From Takakia lepidozioides (lineage: Eukaryota; Plantae; Bryophyta): a stretch of DNA of 64,000 nucleotides. Below are positions 51,614 to 64,000 of this stretch, piece by piece. The stretch is taken from positions 30,132,001-30,196,000 of the forward strand of contig CM060733.1 in NCBI GenBank assembly GCA_030704615.1. Reading direction: 5' to 3'. Positions within the stretch are counted from its first letter, which is position 1, and each line of letters starts with the position of its first letter. The notes under the pieces are model-generated. The model did no database searches, was not told the origin of the DNA, and saw only the letters and a program-made list of their open reading frames with translations. Made by a program: the position numbers and the translations under genes.

Positions 51614-54600
51614 GTACAAGTTGGGATCGAGGCGACGTGGCAGATGACGACGCAGTGCCACGTCAGCATTTGTCGCCATATCAGCCTGCTGACATCATGC
51701 TCACGCCACGTCAGCGTGGGTGCATGTTCACGCCACGTCACTCCTGTGTGAGCGTACGCTCGCGCGCTCACGCCATTGCGTCGTTGCTATATTAAGAAGC
51801 GAGACCAAGGAATGATTTGATACAATGTTTATCCCAGGGAATATGAAAGTCCCAAACAGACTCAAGCTTTGTAGGATCAGGAAGCAAACCATCCTTGGAG
51901 AGGATATGACCAAGAAAGTGTAGTTCAGGCATGAACAGCTTACACTTCTTTGGCTTCACTTTGAGGCCTGCTATGCGCAATTTGCTGAAAACGCACTGCA
52001 GGTCAGTCAAGTAGGCATCAAAACTGGCTGAATACACATTGATATCATCTACATTCATCCTTCTTGGTGATGTCATTCAGTTTCCTGAAGTCAACACAGA
52101 AGCGTGTGGTGCCATCTTTCTTTCCAACCAGAACAATTGGACTAGCCCAGGGAGAAACTGATGGCTTAATCACACCAGCATCAAGCATTTTCTGGACTTC
52201 CTCTTGGACTATAGCACGTTCCTTGACACTCTCTCGGTAATCAAATTGTTTGATAGGAGGTCCTTCGGTAACAATGTCATGTTGAAGAATGGGAGTGCGT
52301 CCTAAATCAGTGGACCCCAAGCTGAAGACATCTAGATTCTTGCAATAAGCATCTCAACTCTCTTTCTTTGCCCTGAGGAGAGGGTGGTACCCAACTTGAT
52401 TTCAGATAGCACTTTGGTGAGGACTTTCTTACCTTCAGGACTGAGATCAGAGACAGGTGGTGGTGCAATTGCAGCAAAGGCATCCAAGGGGCCATGTTGT
52501 ATGCCTATGGCCTCTAGTCCAAAGCCTCTAGAGGCCTTTCAGGAGGCTTGAACAAGGTCTTAGCCCATTCTATAAGGGTCGCACAATTGAGGCTGGGATC
52601 ATCCATGACTATTGCATGCAGCAAGTCCCGGGCTGACCCCTTCATGCTCATCTTAAAGATGGCCATTTTGAAGTTCTCAGGCACTCCATTTACGCTAGCA
52701 ACGACTTCAAACATTTGAAGGTACCTATCAAAGTCTTCTCCCATAGTATACTCTGGATAGGGTTGAGTGGTGAGCTGAGGGATCAGATGACAAGACAGAC
52801 TGTGGTTTATGTGCCCAGGAAGAACATATGCATGAGTAGCGCAGCAGGGAACAGTGGCCTGAGTAGGAACATAAGTGCTACTGGCAGCATGTATAGGATT
52901 AACAGCAGATGCAGTACTTTCGCAAGAAGTGGATGATCTGTTGTATGAGATATGTGATGAGGATCAGCTTTGGTTTGAGCGTATAGAAAGGGTTATCGTG
53001 GGTGACCTTGTTGTGTTAACCAGTCATCACGAAGCCCTGTTCACGAGACCTTTGCTTGAGCCTGGTGCAGTGGCGTCCAGAGCCAGACAGCTTGCTAGGC
53101 GAGAATTCGAGCTACGTAACAAAGAACGTTTGCCGTCCAGAACAATTACGTCGCGTTTTCTGCATCATCGAGAATTGACCTGGTTAGAAGTAGGTTTGTA
53201 TTTGTCTCTCTCTGGTGTTCGAAGTGCGGAGCTTCATCATGGCCCTAGTTTGGTAGGGCGAAGTTGGTTGTCGTTGATGTTACAAGGCACGGGGGCTTTG
53301 ATCTTGAGGGCGTTACGGTTTCAGCTCCGACCTTGCGCCTTGGCGCCTACTTATTCACAGTTGGTTGATGGTTTGAAGGGTAGGGCCTTGACAGTGCAGT
53401 CGTCTGATCTGGTAGTCTTGGGGGTGGGTACTACCTTTGCTTCACAACGGGTGGTTGGCCCGAGTGCATTTGAGAGATTGAGTGACTATTCGAACTCGGC
53501 TGTGCTTTCGCACACGTGGAGAGAGGGTGACACAACCCGCGTAGGTTTTGGCTTAAGGAAGCTGACGGTTGGGAGTGGCTGGCGTTGGGAGTCTACGAGC
53601 TGCAGTCACACAAGGTGCTGAAGGTGGTGTATTGTTTCACTTGGGTTCCAGAGGTCAGCTCGCCGAGCGCTCGGCCCACTCTCCATATTCCTGCTGCTTA
53701 AAGGTTAACTTTCCAATCTACTTTCGTTTCTTGCATGCTAGGTGATTCAAGAACTACTTGGCTGAGATCAGGAAGGCAGAGGTCCATGAATAGTTCAGAG
53801 GAGCCGCTGGCCGAAGGTGTAGTAGAAATGAACAAGGGATTGGACAACCTGCAAGCAGGTAATTTTGTGGCCAATGATGATGAATTTTGAACGATGGTAC
53901 GTTGGGAGCGGTTGTAGAATCCCCAGCTGGTATTGCGTTGGTAGATAAGGGTTCTGGGATAGCCAACCCCGAGGGCCTCTCTGCTTATGGTCGAGGTAAT
54001 GAGGCCATGGTGGCTGGACAACCTGAGCCTACGCTGGCTCGGGAATTGATCGATCTGCCCTCCCATCCTGTTCATATTCAGGGGGTAGACAGGTATGGTT
54101 CGGATGTTTGGGCTACTATGAGCGGTATGCCAGCCCCAGTGACAAGTATGATGCATGTGCCTGTGATTAGTCTCCCTAATCCCACTCTCGAGGGAGGGAC
54201 TAGTTCTTTGAATTCAAGTTTGCATCCGAGTACTGTCCCTTTGTTGAATGTCTCCAGTCTTGCTGCGGGTGGGGGGACAGTAGAATCAGTGCCCTCCACC
54301 TCGTTTGTTGGTCATGCACGTCATGTGGGAACTCTTCCTATTCAACAGATGGGGAGATTGCCATAGACTGCAGCTAATCAGGCTATAGGTACACATGCTA
54401 GCAATGTCAATACTGTCCCTGTTCATGTTGGCAATTTAAGCTCTAGAACAGCTCATATGGTGGGAGTGACATCCACTCCTCCCATGAGTGGTGTGCCATA
54501 GCCCCACCTACAGTCGGTTTACCCGGCAGCTTAGTCAAATGTGGTGTCACAACTCGATATCTCTCTCTAACTCTGATGCCTGCTTCCTACTCTCAAAATA

Positions 54601-56422
54601 CTTAGGTCCAGGATCAACAAAGTTGTCAAAATTATAGTATTCCGGATCACAACTATCTAGAGAGCTGTCAGATTTCTCAAACCTTGGCGACCACGCCTCT
54701 GCCTCATCTAAATTGTCATAATCAGTACCACCGGGAGAACCCAATGAAACAATAAGGGCTTGGATACAAGCGGTTGGTTCAGTGAGAGGCGACGCCGGCA
54801 ACGCAACACTGCCAGGCCGCGCGCCGTTGACTGTGTTAGCAACAGCAAGAACGTCAGCAGAGTAAGAAACGACAGGGTTGGTTTCAACAACGGGAGGAGC
54901 AATAAGAACAACACCAGCAGAATGAGGAGTGACAGCAGGGTTAGCTTCCACACTAGGATTAGTTTCAACAATGAGTTCCACACTAATATGAAGAAACGGG
55001 CTCTCCCCTTCTTTGCGAGCTACACAAGACAAGTCACGAACGGTAGCCATTTCCTGCAACCACACCCCAATGCGCAACGTGAGACGGCGATATTGCAACA
55101 GCAGGAGAAAATACGGCAAGGTGAGGAGCCGCCATTGATAACACGCATTAGCGAACCACTTAGGCAGCAGGATGTAGAGCAGATCCCGCGAAAAAGACCT
55201 AACTGACCCTGACAGCGCGGGCAAGATCCACCAACGCCTATGGTACCCTGCTTCTCTCCACCATAAAACAAGCCTGAAGCATATACTCGTTTCCTCTCAA
55301 GAAGCAAGGTTTCACAACAAAAGGGCAAGCGGAAAGAGCAGGCAATGCGCAATAGGAGGATCAAACACACGAATCTGACACAAAGCAGCTCTCATCCAAA
55401 GCTTGTACACCCACTTCATGTATACACTAATACCCGAGTACACCGCCCTGACCTTGTGTCAGGACGCCGTCCTTATACAAAAGCCTAAGCTTTAGTTGCC
55501 CGCAGCGTGGCCAAAACCCACGGCGCCGCTTTATTACCCTAGATCTGATGAAGGGCTAGGATGTAGCCACCAGCCAAAACTAACCCTAACCTAGATATCA
55601 TTGTGATGGTCTAACGGCTTTATGCACCAAAAAATTATACTATGGATGTGTATCGCCATTTTAGATGAAACGGGCCATTTCTAGCCTAGGCAAATATGAG
55701 CCATCACACATGATCCAGCCGAGGTAGGAATGCAGTCAGTCGGATATATGGACTACCCTAACTACTTTAGCAGATGAGAGCATCCTAGAAATGCTAATCC
55801 AGCATAACGAAGTCTCTCTGAACCCAGAGTACAGATTTTGGGAGTGTTCTGTCACAACCCACACACTATTCCACATTCATGACAAAGTCGCAGGGCAATT
55901 CTGTGGATAACTCCAGAGTTCTCACAGGCAATCCTCTTTGAAGACAAAGTGCACTTTTGGCGTTGTAGCAAGTAGTAACCTGGATCATGACCTTGGGAAC
56001 ATGCATAGTTGCCCCAAGAAAGGATATGTACATTTGGGTAGTATAACATACAAGATTTGAAGATAAAAATTATAATTGGTGAAAAGAGGCTTTCCTTTCA
56101 TGAGTGCCTTCCCCCATTCCCATCATATCCAACACCCCATCCTCAAAAACTGGCAAATGGAAAGCTTACAACTTCACCTGGACAGCTGAAAGGGGCTGCA
56201 CAATGGCAAGCTATGCAAGGCTAAAACAGAGTAGGACTGATTGAACCGATATGTAATCTCAGATTCTAATCAAGGTGAACCCTGACCCTCCCTCTTGTTT
56301 GCTCCACCCAAGCTGAGAATGATCCACCATGCAAAGTCCAAGTTGGGGGTAGGGTTTATGACCACAGTGATAACCATGAAGACTTCAAAAGGGTACTCTC
56401 CTGCAATGTCTGTTATGAAGGT

Positions 56423-59400
56423 TCTCTCCCTGTCCTCTAGGAAGCCTATTGACATTGGGTGGACTTGAAACGGGAGTACATTAATGTTTCTGTGACTAAA
56501 TGCCGGCCTTGTGACCTCGTGTCCTTGTTTGTTTCGACCTGAAGCGCTTTGCTTCAGGTAAGGTAGTGCATTGGATTTAGTTGGAAAGCTTGGGGCCTTT
56601 CCCTCTTTAGAATATGCCTACACGGGCCATTCCCTGCAACTCCCTGGAGTGTGATCTCTGAATGGTAACAAGCGGACTCCTACCGCTTGGGGGCAGCCCC
56701 TCCGCCCAAATTGGGCAGTCGTATGCTCTGTCTAGCATACTCGGCACTTGGGCTCGGGTTGGTTACTGTGCTTAAACTTATGGCCTGCGAACACAATCAA
56801 AAATTTAGCTCCTATCAACATCAACACTCCTCAGGGTGATCCCTGGGAATTGGTTACTTATGCCAAATCTAGGGCTTCATGTGTAGTTTTTGGGGTGAAT
56901 CCCAGGATGGACGATGTGTCCTTTAAAACTACATGCTCTAGCTTAGGCTTGGATTTCATGGCTAATGGTACCATCTCGAGACTTGATAACAGGGGTACGT
57001 TGAAGGTTGCAATGACCAAAAGTGCTTCTAATAGAGTCCCGCATCAATTCAATCTCAAAGAAGTTCGTCCCTTGACTGGCTGGAGAGCGGTCTTAGACAT
57101 TGGTGATTCAATGGGGCGCTCTAGGAAGACAACCAAGGGCAACAACTTCAACTTGAGAGTTTCTAATCAGTTTGATGCTCTGGATGAGGTTGAATCCAAA
57201 CAGCCAGAAGGACAAGATGCCCCTAAGTGTACGGAACCTGAACGTCCTGAATCTGAAGGATTTGGTACTCTGAATGGTTTACCAATCCTCAAGGTTTACA
57301 CAAGACGAACAAATTCTATACACGGGGTAATTGTCCCCAAGCCGTCAGATGGACAATCTGTCCCTAAGTGTGCAGAGCCTGAACGTCGTGTAACTGAAGG
57401 ATTTGGTACTCTAAATGGTTTACCAATCCTCAAAGTCTACACAAGACGAGCAAAATCTATACACGGGGTAATTGTCCCCAAGCAGTCTGACGGACAATCT
57501 GCCCCTATGTGTGCGGAGCCTGTGCGTCGTGTAACTGAAAGATTTGGTACCCTGAATGGTTTACCAATTCTCAAAGTTTACACAAGACGAGCAAAATCTA
57601 CACATGGGGTAACTGTCCCCCCTTTGCAGAACGGTTGGCCGTCCAGGAGCAATCACAAGCTACCTAGACGACAAACAATTCACACGCAAAGGGCTGGCTT
57701 GCGGCTGGCCACTTTCAACTTCTCAGGGTTGACCAACCAAAGGAAACAACTTGAAGTGGGACAAGTTCTTCGGACTAATGATATTCATATCTGTGCTGGG
57801 CAAGAAACATGGGAAACGTCGGATAAACTGGTTGGAGATGTCATTGGTTATAAATGGGCAGGTAAGATGTGTACTCTCAAGGCAGCCTCTGCCAAACGCG
57901 GTCAAAAAGGGGTTGGATTCTTTGTCCGTGATTTCTTGTTTGACAATTGTGAAATTATCAACAAGGGTTTGAGGTACGAGCATAGTATCTGGCTAAAACT
58001 GAATTTGAAGGGCGGCATGAGTACAAAGGACCTCTTTGTTGGTTGTGTTTACATGCCCACAGAGGGGACCCTTAGTGCTGACGCAGACAAGGCCTTCGAA
58101 GATGTAAAGCTGGACTGTGCTTCATTCCTTGCCAAAGGTCAGGTGGTACTATTGGGGGACTTCAATGCCCGGGTGGGCAAAGGGATCCATCAGGACGATA
58201 TCATTGGACCTTTTGGTGAGGACGAGCTGAATTCTAATGGCAGACGGTTAATTAACTGTCTAGAAGAGCTTCAGCTTTTGACCTTGAATAACAGGACAAG
58301 AGGTGACCAAGTGCAGTGGACTCGTGAGAAATCCCAAACTGGGGAACGTTCCATTGTGGACTATATCATAATGGACAAAATTTTGTTCCCCCAGTGTGCC
58401 AATGTGTTGATCGACAGAACTGATATTGGTACCTCTGACCACTTCCTGGTTTGGACTGAGATCAAAAGGTGTTTTCCCACCACCAAGAGATCTGTGAAAC
58501 GTTCGATTCGGAAGTGGCGCATAGAAAAATTCCACAATGAGGAGGTCAAGGCTGAGTACGTCCAGGCCTTGCAAGAGGCTCTCCCTCATTTTGTCCAATC
58601 GCTCCAAGAACTTCAGTCACGCTCTGTTAACGCAAGAAATGAAGTCGAAAGAGCAGTGGACTCTTGGGAGAGTTTCGTTTCCTCCGTGGCTGACAAGATC
58701 ATTGGGAGGAAACTAATTGTCTGCGGTAGAGCAGTTAATTGGTGGACTAATGAGATTAAACTCAAGATAGCTGAGAGACGAGCCCTCTATAAAGAGTGCT
58801 GCAATTTGGAAACCAACAGAGAATTGTGGGCGAGGTACTACCAGCTCCGTAAAGATATCAATCAGCTTGTTAGGTCTCAGAAGAAATTATACTGGGACAA
58901 GTTATACAGTGAAATAAACTCAAACCACCATGGTGGTAATGAGAAAGAAATTCTGGTTGGCCCTTCAACGTTTGTACAAACCGAAAAACGGTCAGCAAGT
59001 ACAAGCGCTGAAGACTACTAAAGGTGCAGTGGTGACTTCATCGCTTGACATTGTCAAAACCTTTGAAACTCACTACAGTATCCTTGGCAGAACTTCTAGG
59101 TCTAAGAGTGAGGGGTCTTCTGCTGAATGGAGGGACACAGTTGGAAAAACTGTTCCTATGATTCAAAACAGCCCTGATGAACTGGAGTATATTTCAATGG
59201 CTTATAATGCTCCCATTAGTTCTTCTGAGATTGTGGAAGCAATTGCACATTTAAATGGATATAAAGCTGGTGGACCTGATGGTATTGTCAACGAGCTTAT
59301 CAAGCACGGTGGCGATCCCATGATAGAGGCCCTAGTTCTCCTCTTTAACCTTATCTGGAAGACTGAAATGATCCCCTTTCGCTGGCGACAGGGGGTCATT

Positions 59401-61294
59401 GTCAATCTATACAAGAAGGGTGACAGAAGAACCGGGGAACTACCGTGGCATCACGCTCCTCAATGCTGTTGGCAAGACATTCTGCAGAGTTATAAGTACT
59501 CGTCTCGAGGTTGATCTGGAGTCAGAGGTTGTTTCCACAAAGGCCAAGCTGGCTTTCGGCGAAACAGGGGCTGTGTGGATCATATCTTCACTCTAAGCCA
59601 GATTATCCAGGGAAGGAAAAAAGAAGGGAAACCCACTTATGTCTTTTTCCTGGATGTCAAAAAGGCTTATGACACAGTGTGGAGGGATGGCCTATGGTTC
59701 CGCCTCTGGTCTTGGGATCAAGGGAAAGATGTGGAGAGTTGTCCACAACTTGTATGCTCACACCAAAAGCTGTGTCACTGTTAACGGACAGAAGTCCAAC
59801 TTCTTTGACATAGACCAAGGTGTAGCTCAATGATGTACTCTCTCCCCTCTGCTCTTCAATGTTTTCATCAATCAACTCCTCGAGGATGTGGAAAGTGAGG
59901 GATTTGGGTTAAGGGTGGGTGATACCACCATACCAGCCCCTATGTTTGCGGATGACTTCGCAGGCATAGGGGAGACTCCAACCAATCTCCAGGAGTTGAT
60001 TGATTGCGCGAAGAGATACTTTGATCTTTGGGGGCTAGAGGCTAATGTCAGCAAATGTGCAGTGGTAGCATTCAACGACAGAGGAGAGGGAGGAAGTGAT
60101 CTTAAGTGGCAGTGGGGTAGCCAAGAGATCCCGGTCCTCCCTTCCTACACTTACCTGGGCGTTGAGTTCTCCTCCAATTGTAATTGGGATGCACATATCC
60201 GGAAAGTTGTTCAAACTGGCAAGGGCAAAGCTCTGGGGCTCACTAAATTTTTCCACTGCAGAGGGGTCAACTCTGAGGTTAAGAAAACGATGCTTTGTCG
60301 CGTTATTAGACCTGCCTTGGAGTACGGATCTGCTATATGGGTTGATAACTCCAACCAGGCTAAGTCTCTAGAATCCATTCAAGTGGGGGTGCTTAAGGAG
60401 TGTATGTCAGCATGCTCCAAAACAGCCAATGTGGCTGTTCGGGGTGAGTTTGGCATTCCGTCCTTAAGCTCCCGACGAGATGAATTCAAGGTCAGATGGT
60501 GGGGTCAGCTGCAACATATGCCCAACACCAGATATCCTAAATTAATCGACTCTATATCTTGGAAACAGGACCGCCCTGTCAAACAGGCTAAGTCCTGGCA
60601 GAAGAGAGTAGAAGAGATCCTCAAGGACCTGGACCTGGATCCGCAAGTCTTGACCCTGCTGGATAAATCTGACTTAGAGGCTGTAGTGTCCTCAGCCATG
60701 TCTGTTGCCATGAGATTGTCTGATGAAAATGGAGTTAGGCAGAAAACTTCCCTGAACTTGTTTCCAGTCTGTGACATGGGGGAGGACATCTTGGATGACC
60801 TCAAGGGTCTACCCACTCTCGGCACTAGACTGAAATTTAAACTCAGGGCAGGAAGCCTACCTTTGAACAGCAAACAGAAGCAGAGAGGAAAGGGAGAGTG
60901 CAATTGCCCGTTGTGTGGGCAATCTGAAGACAATATTCATTTTCTGATACACTGTCCGGGGTTCTCTCACCAAAGAGACGCTCTCTTCAAATCTATTAAG
61001 GGAATTGTGCCTGTACCCCTGTTTACCAACTTTGAAAGTCTCAAGGCTGAGCCAAAAGCCCAGGCCCTCCTGAGGCCTAGTTTTTGGGCAAATCACACAC
61101 AGCAGATTGATGCTTGTGTGAAGGGATTTCTAGAGGATATCTGGAAAACCCGGATTAATTCTTTATATGGAGGTAAGTCTTACTACCAACGTCAGCCCCT
61201 GACAGAGGTAGGTTCTGTCCCTTTTGTTCCCGCTCAAACTGGGCGCAGGGTCAATGGCCACAAGGCTACGGCAAACAACGTCTTATGAGTACAA
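56423..61294 (+). mobile_element. Near-full-length non-LTR retrotransposon (RTEX/RTE-like: APE + RT + C-terminal CCHC) with a 14-bp TSD
   Basis: LATFNFSGL, GQETW, LGDFNARVG, SIVDY, TSDH; GNYRGITLL; FLDVKKAYD; QGVAQ*CTLSPLLF; MFADD; YTYLGV; CPLC..EDNIHFLIHC. TSD TCTGTTATGAAGGT at 56409-56422 and 61295-61308. About four frameshifts and one stop. Confidence 0.92.
57206..57620 (+). repeat. In-frame 141-bp (47-aa) tandem repeat, ~3 copies, in the LINE N-terminal region
   Basis: CCTA(A/T)GTGT at 57222, 57363 and 57504; peptide P(K/M)C.EP.R...E.FGTLNGLPILKVYTRR..S.HGV.VP three times. Confidence 0.92.
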
Positions 61295-61492
61295 TCTGTT
61301 ATGAAGGTGCAATCGCTGACCACAGACTGCTCATCCCAGAGGCAAGCTGCTTTGAAGACCCGAAATGCTTAATAGCTTAGCTTCACAAGCACTCCGGCTC
61401 GGTGCAGAAAGTTAGCCCCGTTTCCTACTGCTTTCCTTTGTGTAATTGTATCCATAGCCCATAAGCTCTTTTCTTCTCTGTCTCTTTTGGTA

Positions 61493-63223
61493 TGGTACCT
61501 CTGACAACTTTCTGGTTTGGAGATCAAAAGGTGTTTCCCCAACACCAAGAGATCTGTGAAACGTATTCGGAAGTGGCGCATAGAAAATTCCAAAATGAAT
61601 AGGTCAAGGCTGAGTATGTCCAGGCATTGCAAGAGGCTCTCCCTCACTTTGTCCATTCGCTCCAAGATCTTCAGTCTCGCTCTGGCGATGCAAGAAATGA
61701 AGTCAGAAGAGCGGTGGATTCTTGGGAGAGTTTCATCTCCTCTGTGGCTGACAAGATCATTGGGAGGAAACTAATTGTCTGTGGTAGAGCTGTTAATTGG
61801 TGGACCAATGAGATCAAACTCAAGATAGCTGAGACTAGTGCTCTATAAAGAGTGCTGCATTATGAAAGTCAACAAAGAATTGTGGGCTAGGTACTAGCAG
61901 ATACGCAAAGATATCAATCAGCTCATGACAAGAGATTCTGGTTGGCCCTTCAACGTCTGTACAAGCCAAAAATTTGTCAGCAAGTACAAGCGCTGAGGAC
62001 TACTAAGGGTGCACTGGTGACTTCAACAGTTGACTTTGTCAAAACCTTTGAAACTCACTACAGTACCCTTGGCAGAAATTCTAGGTCTAACAGTAAGGGG
62101 TCTTCTGAAGAATGGAAGGACACAGAAAAAACTGTTTCTATGATTCAAGACAGCCCTGATGAACTGGAGTATATTTGAGTGGGTTACAACACTCCAATTA
62201 GTTCTGGGATGGTGAAAGCAATTGAGCATTTCAACGGATACAAAGCTGGTGGACCTGATGGCTTAGTCAATGAGCTTATCAAGCATGGTGGCGACCCCAT
62301 GATCGAGACCCTTGTACTCCCTATTTATCTTCTTTGGAGAACTGTTGATAACTCCAACCAGGCTAAGTCTCTAGAATCCATTCGAGTGGGGTGCTCAAGG
62401 AGTGCATGTCAGCATGCTCTAATACAGCTAATGTGGCTGTTCGGGGTGAGTTTGGCATTCCTCCCTAAAGCTCCGAACGAGATGAATGCAATGTCGGATG
62501 GCGGGGTCAGCTGCAACATCTGACTAATATCAGATATCCTAAGTTCATCGACTATATATCTTGGAAGCAGGATCGCCCTGTCAAACAGGCTAAGTCCTGG
62601 CACAAGAGGGTACAAGAGATTTGCAAGGATCTGAATCTAAATCCATAAGTCTTGACCCTGCTGGATAAATCTGACCTAGAGGTGCCAGGAAACTGTCTGA
62701 TCAAAATGAAGTTAGGCAGAAAGTTTCGCTTTCTGTGACATGGGTGAGGCCATTATGGATGACCTCAAGGGTTTACCCATTCTCGGCACTAGACTGAAAT
62801 TTGAACTCAGGGCGGGAAGCCTACCTTTGAACAGCCACAGAGGTAGAGGGAAAGGGGGATTGCAAATGCCTGTTCTGTGGGCAAACCTGAAGACAATATC
62901 CACTTTCTGATTCATTGTCCTGGGTACTTTCACCAGAGAGGCATCCTCTCAAATCCATCAAGGGACTTGTTCCTGTACCTCTGTTTACCAACTGTGAAAA
63001 TCTCGAGGCTGAGCCAAAATCCCAGGCCCTTTTGGGTCTAGTTATTGGGCAAGTCACACACAGCAGATTGCTGCTTGTGTGAAGCGAATTCTAGAGGATA
63101 TCTGGAAAACTCGGATCAATTGTCTATTTCAAGGTAGCCCCTAACAAAGGTAGTTTCTGTCCCTTTGTGTTCTGCTCAAAAAAGGAGGTCAATGGCCACA
63201 ACGGCAAACGTCTTATGAGTACA
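61493..63223 (+). mobile_element. 5'-truncated, internally deleted and more decayed copy of the same LINE family
   Basis: Homologous to ~58428-59360 joined to ~60340-61293; same TTATGAGTACA 3' end; flanked by TCTTTTGGTA and TCTCTTGGTA. Confidence 0.88.
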
Positions 63224-64000
63224 TTCTCTTGGTACGTGTCATAGAGTTCCTCCATTGTTTCTTTTCCTCTCTCCCCCTCTCTCAGCTGGATGGCTAGACT
63301 TCAAAAGACCATATAGGGTGAAGTCCGCCGAGTTTTGTGTATGACAGTCCCTGTTTACCCGAGCCACCCACCAAAGCCCTCTGTTAAGTAGTTGAACATC
63401 CAACCAGCTATCAGTCTTTGGCATATTTTTGCTGTTCTTTGAGGGCTTGCAGGACGCTACTCCTGCCTTAGGGATTGCACCCATCAGGGTTAACAAATCC
63501 TCTCTAGTATGAGGAGAATGTCAATGTATACGTTTGACATCAATTTCCTTTATCTAATTTGTACAATGTTATGCCTAGTTGGATTTAGTCTCAAATACCC
63601 ACTAGGGCTGAGGCCTCAGAACTCCACGACTATGTCCTCACGGGTTAGAAACAAGCAATAACACCAGATCTCTTTTCTCTCTCCTTTCCCCAAAAAGACT
63701 GCTCACCTTATCAAAGTCTTTGACAAGCTTGCCCTCAGGAGATGAGTTGTTTTCATACTCCATCCATAGCACCTTCAAACTCTTCTGCCGCCAGGTGTAG
63801 ACACATACAACACATTCAAGAACTACTTGAAACCACAATCTTTACCGGGGAAGATAGAAGAATACTACAACTAAAATTAATGGAAAATTAATGACAAGGT
63901 CCTGAACTCTTGCCAAAACATGTCCCTATCCCGAAGGCACGAAGGACAAGGGATCTGGAGAAAGAATAGTTACTGTAGCTTCAGCAATGTCATGAACATC

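Larger units (their letters stand above)
46445..51790. mobile_element. CACTA/EnSpm transposon 2 (internally deleted; right TIR not found)
   Basis: Left TIR CACTACAGCAAAT at 46445; dense TGCGACG/CGTCGCA subterminal repeats at 46470-47040; GCGACG/CCACGTCA repeats at 51630-51790. Confidence 0.82.
42239..55708 (-). mobile_element. Ty3/Gypsy LTR retrotransposon, decayed, with nested DNA transposons
   Basis: Direct repeats 42322-42640 and 55404-55708 (TG..CA). gag 52514-52744; RT 51792-52320 (SPWASPIVLVGKKDG..RFCVDFRKLN; VDDINVYS); RNase H 44575-45204 (LQTDASD); integrase 43243-44157 (GHLG; GIDLVGP; TDQGEEF; HPQTNGLTERFN). Confidence 0.9.

Noticed and set aside
51780-51800. Degenerate right TIR of CACTA 2 (GTTGCTATATTA versus expected TTTGCTGTAGTG)
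   Set aside because: Four mismatches including the terminal TAGTG, and the bases are equally explained as Gypsy RT codons.
52875-53621. 248-aa plus-strand ORF as an extra Gypsy gene
   Set aside because: No ATG start and no recognisable domain; most simply the antisense shadow of a decayed gag region.

Overview
Eukaryotic nuclear DNA, most likely from a non-seed land plant (bryophyte-like; inferred from the gene and TE families and the short GT-AG introns). Two host genes can be spliced intact by hand: a 2-exon GPR1/FUN34/YaaH (AceTr) acetate transporter (10019-11333, +) and a 7-exon group-A FAD-dependent monooxygenase (34941-30783, -). The rest is mostly nested mobile DNA: two CACTA/EnSpm elements, Gypsy remnants (one with an integrase-PHD finger), two decayed L1-type LINEs, a near-full-length RTEX-like LINE with a TSD plus a truncated sister copy, a tRNA-derived SINE, hAT-type MITEs and a TTAA-flanked element. 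There are also gene fragments (pantothenate kinase, F-box) and a decayed intronless ORF of unknown origin at the window start. The best candidate for a new system is the second CACTA element (46445-~51790). Opposite its transposase it carries a spliced gene for a beta-class DNA amino-methyltransferase-like protein (DMILLDIPD ... ILDLTCGTG ... RHVFAFEPD). Both CACTA elements show a head-to-head transposase/cargo layout. All calls come from manual reading and motif recognition; no database searches were run.
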